Below, in pieces: positions 50,501 to 56,422 of a stretch of DNA of 56,422 nt. The stretch is from a virus (Duplodnaviria > Caudoviricetes). Where the stretch lies: the IMG/VR virus record IMGVR_UViG_3300025513_000008, positions 1 to 56,422 of that record; one strand, given 5' to 3'. Below the pieces are notes generated by a model. It had not been told where the DNA came from. It saw only the letters and a list, made by a program, of their open reading frames with translations, and did not search any database. The position numbers and the translations under genes are program-made. Each line of letters starts with the position of its first letter. Position 1 is the stretch's first letter.

Positions 50501-50722
50501 GCCGCCGCCGAGTATTCCGCCTGCTAATGCACCAAGTGCAGCGCCTTGGCCTCCTCTTAAAAGTCCGCCAACAGTTCCTCCTAGCAGTGCTGAATTTATT
50601 TTCTGAGTACTTACTCCGGTAGCCGTACTGATGTTTTGACTAACAGTACTGACTGATGTCTTTACAGTATTTACTGCTGATGTTAAACTACCTTTAAGAG
50701 ATGCACTTAGATTAAACGCCAT
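47564..50722 (-). CDS. Putative baseplate hub protein (gp27/gpD-like) with Gly-rich termini
   Basis: Position between gp53-like and gp5; EIIGDPY...FSGLFQV..V.N.F..GKFTQ.L resembles the hub C-terminal barrel. Confidence 0.55.
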   Translation of the reverse strand: MAFNLSASLKGSLTSAVNTVKTSVSTVSQNISTATGVSTQKINSALLGGTVGGLLRGGQGAALGALAGGILGGGGAGDLLGQVKNKLSGLISAAEELQGLANNPLKLVERGIADLAGITGEEYGLVQAQYRELNERSAFSDFIDTGYKSPYQGDDTSASKIPNPLRSHNSYNYVISLGVLDAAEYNNPEKYRSAGGFKNYIIQSSGGNLDKRYQIFDEKGTGRSEHAEYYIDDLEIEGVVAPNPNTRVTTGTAISFNVTEPYSMGNFIQAIIGAAATAGYKSYNQAPFCLKIDFKGWNLDGSTDANFISRPIFIPIKFINMDFNVTGTGSTYAVKAIPMSESGLDDNINKIKTSIKATGLLLHQVLETNDASITSAINGQIQALEKAGALTPYDRYVIVFPKDRSTLLSALQAGNIDDTAFTTSPEEREEQRRGTVAANPELRNSFSPTTITITPPSRTYSILKSFAENTGLMNEIGLSTLNEDTNAPGNSSEADAAAATNPQTGLVDTTSKAVQPADKARDFQFNQNENITSIIEKIVVQSTFCAENSTIKAKNGLHKWFKINTHVFIDESPVTEAQMGRRPKVYVYSVMPYEVPETVTMASNARASNIQGLKRVAVKGYNYIYTGKNEDVLNFDINFNNAFMLTANADFGMTTGSQSDPDASKVATAQTNTPSGAAPAEPSDAATTDDQTGGTEMGTGPKGAAGTQSNDVRRQIAEMFHDRITNMTVDMVTAEMEIIGDPYYLPQDTGNYVSKRVAGKPGITEDGTMPYSTGPVLVDVNFRTPFDYQIDGATMEMPLAVPGFSGLFQVWAVTNIFAAGKFTQLLKMIRLRGQDDKASTGNTNFIQVKNEVAMAKTTTQSDGTVGQSCMPATNSMPGPMADDIRNLLPAIGADVAAQLAGPFKQLEIALKTEILNIGELVKGVDFGIASVPDLTKVIPRIATGALGGLIGNALGGKLGAVTGAVLGSQLGSLTSGFGGVTGSLTSGLNGLGGTLNSAVNSLGDPNAPPYTGSDPIIRARLGLPTVNTATNQSIAAVSGAATSKVRNLIGPQ

Positions 50723-50723
50723 A

Positions 50724-51026
50724 TTATACTCCTAGGGTATTTTTTAAAGCCGACGGATCAGGTAAATAAATCTTAGTGCCAGCAACAAAGTCAAACACTG
50801 GATCTTTAAGAATGTCTAAATTACGTTGTGCAAACACCCACCAAAGCTCTTGTTTTCCGTAAGTAATATATGCAAGTAAATCAGGGCGATACGTATATTC
50901 AGGTGTTATTTCAAACAATATATCATCTCTGTTTATAGGAACTGGACGAGGTTTTAAAATATCTAAATATCCACTTGCGGTAATTTCTGTTCTTCCGTAT
51001 GGACTTAAATTATTATCAGCAGTCAT
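50724..51026 (-). CDS. gp53: Baseplate wedge protein (gp53-like, LysM-like)
   Basis: YRPDLLAY..YG...LWWV.A..N signature. Confidence 0.75.
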   Translation of the reverse strand: MTADNNLSPYGRTEITASGYLDILKPRPVPINRDDILFEITPEYTYRPDLLAYITYGKQELWWVFAQRNLDILKDPVFDFVAGTKIYLPDPSALKNTLGV

Positions 51027-51877
51027 TATACAAATCCTTCTTTACCATTAATATGTCCGCCAGCGGCATATTGATTTAAGCTAAAGCCCGATTGCGAACG
51101 TCTTGCGTATTGTGGTTGTAGTGTAACTGTAATTGAACTTTGTGTAGGAACATAGTTTACTTGTCCATTAATTGTACACTGTATATAATCAACATCAACT
51201 GGTAAATCAGTTGTAAAGTTAGTTATTACAACAGGAATATTATTCATAACATGTTTACCATATCCGTTTAATCTACATACCACAGGCGGATTGCCTAACG
51301 GCTGACTGTTGCCATAAAACATCTTAGTTGCGCTTCTTAAAAAGTGCAAACATGCAACCCAATACTTTGCATCGTTTTCATTTTCTTGATAAAATTCACC
51401 AGTAATTGTAATTGCATCTACTTGGCTATTTTCATATGCATTATACGCATAATTTGTATGTGTAGGATGAACCGAAGAATAGGTTGCACTATGACTTAAC
51501 AACACTGAAGGGTTAAACGGAAATATCATTCTATTTCCGGTATTAAATGCACTCGATCCACTAGCTTCTCTTAGAGGCGCTAATATATCACCCTCGTTTC
51601 TAAGTATGTCTGGCACACTAATGCTAACACGCCAATCACTTGCATCAGATACTGAATTGTTAGACGATATTATTGCTCTTGATATTGTTCTATTATTAAT
51701 TGAAGATCCAAAACCGCCTGTTTGATTAATAAAATTTGCAGCAAGTTTTCCTAGCGGCCCTAGACTGCCTAGCTTTTGATTAATAGTACTGCCGATTGCG
51801 CCTTTAACAGCGCTAGTTGCATCAGATACAATACTGCTAACAAAGTTGCTTGCATTAAAATTGATTTGAAAGGCCAT
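51026..51877 (-). CDS. Baseplate tail-tube initiator/cap protein (gp48/gp54-like)
   Basis: IFPFNPS...Y....THTNY...I.I.GEF...FLRS..K...PPVVC.L...N.PVVI tube-like pattern; AGGAG SD. Confidence 0.6.
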   Translation of the reverse strand: MAFQINFNASNFVSSIVSDATSAVKGAIGSTINQKLGSLGPLGKLAANFINQTGGFGSSINNRTISRAIISSNNSVSDASDWRVSISVPDILRNEGDILAPLREASGSSAFNTGNRMIFPFNPSVLLSHSATYSSVHPTHTNYAYNAYENSQVDAITITGEFYQENENDAKYWVACLHFLRSATKMFYGNSQPLGNPPVVCRLNGYGKHVMNNIPVVITNFTTDLPVDVDYIQCTINGQVNYVPTQSSITVTLQPQYARRSQSGFSLNQYAAGGHINGKEGFV

Positions 51878-51901
51878 AATTTATTTTGTCTCCTCTACTA
51901 C

Positions 51902-51907
51902 TATTTA
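51902..51907 (-). promoter_or_regulatory. T4-type late promoter motif (CTAAATA) heading the structural operon
   Basis: TAAATA followed by the AGGAG SD and the ATG at 51877. Confidence 0.6.
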
Positions 51908-51908
51908 G

Positions 51909-51937
51909 TTGACAAAATTATGTTAGTAGTTTATACT
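51909..51937 (+). promoter_or_regulatory. sigma70-type promoter TTGACA-N17-TATACT for gp55
   Basis: TTGACA at 51909-51914 and TATACT at 51932-51937; AGGA SD before the ATG at 51961. Confidence 0.85.
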
Positions 51938-51960
51938 ATATATAACTACAGGAAAACCTC

Positions 51961-52806
51961 ATGCGACCTAAGAATTACCTTAACAATAAAGATATACTTA
52001 AAGAAATACATAGATCAAAAAATGCGTTTAATAGCTACACTGCTCCCGAATACGGCGACTATGATATTATTTTATCAAGCGTAGACAAAATTGATCCATT
52101 AATTGTTGCCGAAGCAAAACAAAATAAAGCAAAAAAACTTAGTTCGGCAGAATACGAGCGTCGTAAAGAGCTTGGTGAAAAAGTTAAGCAAGCAGAATGC
52201 GAAACATTAGCATCTGAAATTACTAAAGAAGAATTAATCTTCCGTGTAATGACATTTGAACACATTCCAGAAGAGCCAGGACGTAAGAAAAATCCTAAAT
52301 CCGTAGCCGATACAAAAGTTAAGCTTCCGTTTCCTCCTTTCCACCATTACAAATACAACGACGAAGGCGAAATTGTGTTAGTTGGAAAAAGTCACTGGAA
52401 AGGCGGCATGGACAACGGACACTTTGACAAAGATCACGGAATAGCAACGAACAAACTTGCCATGATGTGGTTAAAACTTGTTGATCGATATGCTACTCGG
52501 GGTAACGTTCGCGGATATACATACAACGACGAAATGAAGGGGCAAGCAATCTTACAACTTGCACAGATCGGACTACAATTTGACGAGTCTAAGTCGGATA
52601 ATCCGTTTGCTTACTACACAGCAGCAGTAACTAATAGTTTTGTGCGTGTTATTAATATTGAAAAACGTAATCAAAACATTCGCGACGATATTCTCGAAAT
52701 GAATGCGTTGGATCCTAGCTACACAAGACAAAGTCAAGGCGAATGGGAAGCTGCTGTTAAGCGCAACGAAGAAGCTCCTCCTACACAGTTCACAGATACC
52801 AAATAA
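51961..52806 (+). CDS. gp55: T4-like RNA polymerase sigma factor for late transcription
   Basis: YLNNKDIL; R.N.RGYTY.DEM...A......FD..KS.NPFAYYT....NSF.R.I..EK; adjacent to gp47/gp46 as in T4-like phages. Confidence 0.85.
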   Translation: MRPKNYLNNKDILKEIHRSKNAFNSYTAPEYGDYDIILSSVDKIDPLIVAEAKQNKAKKLSSAEYERRKELGEKVKQAECETLASEITKEELIFRVMTFEHIPEEPGRKKNPKSVADTKVKLPFPPFHHYKYNDEGEIVLVGKSHWKGGMDNGHFDKDHGIATNKLAMMWLKLVDRYATRGNVRGYTYNDEMKGQAILQLAQIGLQFDESKSDNPFAYYTAAVTNSFVRVINIEKRNQNIRDDILEMNALDPSYTRQSQGEWEAAVKRNEEAPPTQFTDTK

Positions 52807-52810
52807 GTGG

Positions 52811-52839
52811 TTGACAGGTGTTAATATTTACTATATACT
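52811..52839 (+). promoter_or_regulatory. sigma70-type promoter TTGACA-N17-TATACT for gp47/gp46
   Basis: TTGACA at 52811-52816 and TATACT at 52834-52839; GGAG SD before the TTG start. Confidence 0.85.
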
Positions 52840-52866
52840 GTAACATGTACATATGGAGAACTAATC

Positions 52867-53883
52867 TTGTTTAAAAAAGCTGCGGTGTTTACAGACATCC
52901 ATTTCGGACTTAAAGGTAATAGTCGCGTTCATAATGACGATTGCGAAGAATTCATTGATTGGTTTATACAAACTGCAAAAGATAACGGTTGCGAGACCGG
53001 AATCTTCTGTGGTGACTGGCATCACAATCGAAATTCACTAAATCTTACTACTATGGATGCTACAATTAGAAGCATGGAGAAGCTAGGTGCTGCATTTGAG
53101 AAGTTTTACTTCTTTGATGGTAATCACGATTTGTATTATAGAGACAAACGTTCTGTAAACAGCACTGCATTTGCAAAGCACATTCCTGGAATTACATTTA
53201 TAGACGAAATCTTCATCGAAGATGATGTTGCACTTGTTCCATGGCTCGTCGGGGACGAATGGAAGACGATGGGTGATATTAAAACAAAGTATTTGTTTGG
53301 TCATTTTGAACTTCCTAGCTTCTATATGAACGCTTTAGTTAGAATGCCAGATCACGGCGACCTTAAGTCTGAGCATTTTAAGCATCAAGAGTATGTGTTT
53401 AGTGGACACTTCCACAAACGACAGAAGCAAGGTGCTATTCATTACATAGGTAATGCGTTTCCCCACAATTATGCTGATGTTGGCGATGATGATCGAGGTA
53501 TGATGATACTTGATAAGGAGAACAATAAAGAACCAGAGTTTGTTAACTGGCCTAATTGCCCTAAGTACCGTACTGTAACACTTAGCAACTTAATTGATAA
53601 TGCAGATACGTTTATTAAGGATAAAATGTATCTACGAGTAACGCTTGACCTTCCTATTAGCTATGAAGAAGCAAGTTTTATCAAAGAAACATTCATTAAT
53701 CAATACAACTGTCGTGAGATCACACTAATACCACAAAAGCAGTTAGAAGAAATGAGTACAGAGCTTGATATTGCACAGTTTGAAAGTGTGGACCAGATCG
53801 TAAGTAATGAAATTGCAGCGCTTGACACTAACAACTATGATAAGAGCATGCTTTTGCAGATATACAACGGATTAGAACACTAA
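52867..53883 (+). CDS. gp47: Recombination endonuclease subunit (Mre11/SbcD-like metallophosphoesterase)
   Basis: TDIHFG, GDWHH, GNHD, GHFE, SGHFH motifs; TTG start. Confidence 0.92.
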   Translation: MFKKAAVFTDIHFGLKGNSRVHNDDCEEFIDWFIQTAKDNGCETGIFCGDWHHNRNSLNLTTMDATIRSMEKLGAAFEKFYFFDGNHDLYYRDKRSVNSTAFAKHIPGITFIDEIFIEDDVALVPWLVGDEWKTMGDIKTKYLFGHFELPSFYMNALVRMPDHGDLKSEHFKHQEYVFSGHFHKRQKQGAIHYIGNAFPHNYADVGDDDRGMMILDKENNKEPEFVNWPNCPKYRTVTLSNLIDNADTFIKDKMYLRVTLDLPISYEEASFIKETFINQYNCREITLIPQKQLEEMSTELDIAQFESVDQIVSNEIAALDTNNYDKSMLLQIYNGLEH

Positions 53884-53884
53884 T

Positions 53885-55660
53885 ATGATAAAAATTAAAG
53901 ACCTAACAGTTAAAAACTTCATGAGTGTGGGTAATCAGACTCAGGCAGTTGACTTTGATAATGAACAACTTACTCTAGTACTTGGTGAAAACTTAGATCA
54001 AGGTGGTGACGACAGCGGATCACGTAATGGTACTGGAAAAACGACCATTATCAACGCTCTATCCTATGCACTGTATGGTCAAGCACTTACAAACATCAAA
54101 AGAAACAACTTAATTAACAAGACCAACAGCAAAGGCATGTTGGTTACCCTACAATTTGAAAAAGATAATAACAACTACCGTATTGAACGCGGTCGTAGTC
54201 CTAATATCTTTAAATTCTATATTAATAATCAAGAAACTCTAGTAGACGAGTCACAAGGCGACAGTAGACAGACACAAGACGATGTAAACACCCTGTTGGG
54301 CATGAGTCATGATATGTTTAAACATATTGTTGCACTGAATACCTATACTGAACCGTTCTTGAGTATGAGAGTAAATGATCAACGTGTTATCATTGAGCAG
54401 TTGTTAGGCATTACTATTCTTTCTGAGAAGGCAGATGCACTTAAAGAACAGACTCGACAGTCTAAAGATGCCATTACTGAAGAAACGCTAAAGATCAATG
54501 CTATTCAAACTGCTAATGAGAAGATCGAAACAAGTATCGAAGGATTAAAGCGTACTCAACGTGCTTGGCAAGCTAAACATACTCAAGATCAAGATAAACT
54601 TGCTGCCGCCATTGAAGAGTTAGAGAAGCTGGATATTGAAACTGAACTTGAGTCACACGAGAAACTAGCAAACTGGACCAAACATAACAATACCATCTTA
54701 GCGCTTAGGAAAGAACTAAGCACACTCGAGCCAGCTCTACAACGTGCTGATAAAACTGTTGAAAAGGTTACTAAGGATGTTGCAGAACTTGAAGACGCAA
54801 CATGTTATACCTGCGGTCAAGCACTTCATCTAGATAAGAAAGCAGAAATTGCCGAGCGTAAAGAAACCGAACTGCTGGATGCAATAGCTTATCAAGCAGA
54901 AATTGCAGGTAAGGTAGTTGATGTAATGGCTGCACTTAAAGAAATTGGTGACATTAATGGTAAACCTACTACCTTCTATGAAAATGCTAAAGATGCATAC
55001 GAACATAGAAGTAATGTAGACAATTTGAAACAGACGCTTGCTAACAAGCACGACGATGTTAACCCATACACTGCACAAATTAACGAGTTAAATGAAACTG
55101 CTATCCAAAAAGTTGATTGGGGTGTTGTTAACGAGCTTACAAGTTATAAAGAGCATCAAGAGTTTTTACTAAAGCTACTTACGAACAAAGACAGCTTTAT
55201 TCGCAAGAAGATCATTGATCAAAACTTAGCATATCTTAACAACAGACTTACATATTATCTTGATAAGATTGGCTTGCCGCATCGGGTGGTGTTCTTAAAC
55301 GATTTGAATGTTGAAATTACGCAGCTTGGTCAAGATCTAGACTTTGATAATTTAAGTCGAGGAGAACGTAACAGACTTATCTTAGGATTAAGCTTTGCAT
55401 TCCGTGATGTTTGGGAAAGCCTGTATCAAAATATCAACTTGTTGTTTATTGACGAGCTGATTGATAGCGGTATGGACACTGCTGGAGTTGAGAACAGTTT
55501 GAGTATTCTTAAAAAGATGGCTCGCGAACGTAATAAAAATATCTATCTTATCTCACACAAAGATGAATTAATTGGTAGGGTTAATCGAGTGCTGCGAGTA
55601 GTAAAAGAAAATGGCTTCACCTCATACGAACCAGATTTAGATATTACTAGTATCGTATAA
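53885..55660 (+). CDS. gp46: Recombination ATPase subunit (Rad50/SbcC-like)
   Basis: KNFMSVGN, Walker A NGTGKTT, coiled coil with CYTC zinc hook, LSRGE signature, Walker B LLFIDE, ISH. Confidence 0.92.
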   Translation: MIKIKDLTVKNFMSVGNQTQAVDFDNEQLTLVLGENLDQGGDDSGSRNGTGKTTIINALSYALYGQALTNIKRNNLINKTNSKGMLVTLQFEKDNNNYRIERGRSPNIFKFYINNQETLVDESQGDSRQTQDDVNTLLGMSHDMFKHIVALNTYTEPFLSMRVNDQRVIIEQLLGITILSEKADALKEQTRQSKDAITEETLKINAIQTANEKIETSIEGLKRTQRAWQAKHTQDQDKLAAAIEELEKLDIETELESHEKLANWTKHNNTILALRKELSTLEPALQRADKTVEKVTKDVAELEDATCYTCGQALHLDKKAEIAERKETELLDAIAYQAEIAGKVVDVMAALKEIGDINGKPTTFYENAKDAYEHRSNVDNLKQTLANKHDDVNPYTAQINELNETAIQKVDWGVVNELTSYKEHQEFLLKLLTNKDSFIRKKIIDQNLAYLNNRLTYYLDKIGLPHRVVFLNDLNVEITQLGQDLDFDNLSRGERNRLILGLSFAFRDVWESLYQNINLLFIDELIDSGMDTAGVENSLSILKKMARERNKNIYLISHKDELIGRVNRVLRVVKENGFTSYEPDLDITSIV

Positions 55661-55683
55661 ATACTAAGTAAATTCTAAAGGAG
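55636..55683 (+). promoter_or_regulatory. Perfect T4 late promoter TATAAATA (55656-55663) inside a hairpin abutting the endonuclease SD (AAGGAG)
   Basis: TTTAGA-ta-TTAC-TAGTAT-cgtataa-ATACTA-a-GTAA-at-TCTAAA-GGAG. Confidence 0.75.
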
Positions 55684-55688
55684 ATATA

Positions 55689-56422
55689 ATGTTTACGCAA
55701 AATAATTATTTAAAAGAATATTATGATATTATAAAAAATAACAAAGTACTAGATCCAAAATCTCAATATTGTGAAAGACATCATATCATTCCTAAATCAC
55801 TGAATGGATCTAATAAAAGAGACAACGTTGTGTGCCTTAGTGCTGAAGATCATTTTTTGTGTCACAAGTTATTAGTTAAATTTACAACAGGAGTCGACAA
55901 TCAGAAGATGTGGAGCGCTTTATGGAGAATGATGAATAAACAAAGTCGTTCGCAGCAAAGAGAGTACACATTTACAGAAAAAGACTATGAAGAGGCAAGA
56001 ATCAAACATTCAATTGCGCAATCTAAAAGAATGAGCAAAGAAAACAATCCTTTTTTTGGAAAAAATCACAGCGAAGAAACTAAGAAAAAAATGTCAGAAG
56101 CAAAAAAAGGAAAGTCATATGAAGAAATCTTTGGAGACGAATATGCTTCTGTTATGCGAGAAAAGCGTAAGAATGAAACTACTGGAAAAAAGAGAAGTGA
56201 TTCTACAAAAGAAAAAATTAGACAAAATAAGTTAGGAAAATCTAGAGATCCTGAGCTAATGAAAAGAATAGGCGAAAAACTTAAAGGCAGAAAGCAATCA
56301 CAAGAAACTATAGAGAGAAAAAAATTAGCACGAATAAACGGACAGAAAACTTGCGAGTTTTGTGGAAAAACTACAATGCTTACGAATTACAAAAGATGGC
56401 ACGGACAAAATTGTAAATCATA
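55689..56422 (+). CDS. Free-standing HNH homing endonuclease with NUMOD3-like repeats (stop codon probably just beyond the window edge)
   Basis: Not in the ORF track; translated by hand: MFTQNNYLKEYYDII...YCERHHIIPKSLNGSNKRDNVVCLSAEDHFLCHKLL...NNPFFGKNHSEETKKKMSEAKKG...TCEFCGK...RWHGQNCKS; window ends on 'ta'. Confidence 0.88.
   Translation, partial: MFTQNNYLKEYYDIIKNNKVLDPKSQYCERHHIIPKSLNGSNKRDNVVCLSAEDHFLCHKLLVKFTTGVDNQKMWSALWRMMNKQSRSQQREYTFTEKDYEEARIKHSIAQSKRMSKENNPFFGKNHSEETKKKMSEAKKGKSYEEIFGDEYASVMREKRKNETTGKKRSDSTKEKIRQNKLGKSRDPELMKRIGEKLKGRKQSQETIERKKLARINGQKTCEFCGKTTMLTNYKRWHGQNCKS

Noticed and set aside
836-50606. Numerous short plus-strand ORFs opposite the long minus-strand genes (and minus-strand ORFs opposite gp55/47/46)
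   Set aside because: Antisense shadows of well-supported genes, with no recognisable motifs or SD sequences.
39686-51877. Bacterial T6SS or extracellular contractile injection system locus
   Set aside because: The gp25/gp5/gp6-like genes sit with gp55-gp47-gp46, late promoter motifs, multiple fibres and a homing endonuclease; no T6SS membrane-complex or ATPase genes seen.
52867-55660. Cellular sbcCD operon
   Set aside because: The short (591 aa) ATPase and adjacency to a gp55-like gene match T4-type gp47/gp46.
1-56422. Stop-codon reassignment as seen in some large phages
   Set aside because: Code 11 gives dense, unbroken genes, and TAA, TGA (1344) and TAG (2434) all end genes at tight junctions.
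1-56422. tRNA, rRNA, introns, inteins, intrinsic terminators
   Set aside because: Intergenic gaps are mostly too short and showed no cloverleaf or GC-rich stem with a U-tract; gp46/gp47 are of normal length. Judged by eye only.

Overview
This window is a 56-kb segment of a large T4-like (myovirus-type, probably jumbo) dsDNA phage genome read in the standard code. The minus strand (1-51877) carries one long co-oriented block. It begins with baseplate/tail genes (gp48/54-like, gp53-like, hub, gp5 with a C-terminal lysozyme-like domain, gp25, gp6, a 5125-aa giant virion protein) and five tail-fibre-like genes. The last fibre has polyproline tracts of up to 21 Pro and is followed directly by a prolyl-4-hydroxylase-like 2OG-Fe(II) oxygenase. 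A ~14-kb enzyme island follows (4-5 glycosyltransferase-like genes, UDP-sugar dehydrogenase, SGNH-like protein, methyltransferase-like protein, nitroreductase fusion, three radical SAM enzymes). The plus strand (51961-end) carries gp55 (late sigma factor), gp47, gp46 and an HNH/NUMOD3 homing endonuclease. Consensus sigma70 promoters and T4-type late TAAATA motifs are visible; at least two late motifs sit in hairpins that could mask a ribosome-binding site. Best candidate for an undescribed system: phage-encoded proline hydroxylation plus O-glycosylation of an extensin-like tail fibre. All family calls come from motif recognition by eye; no database search was run.
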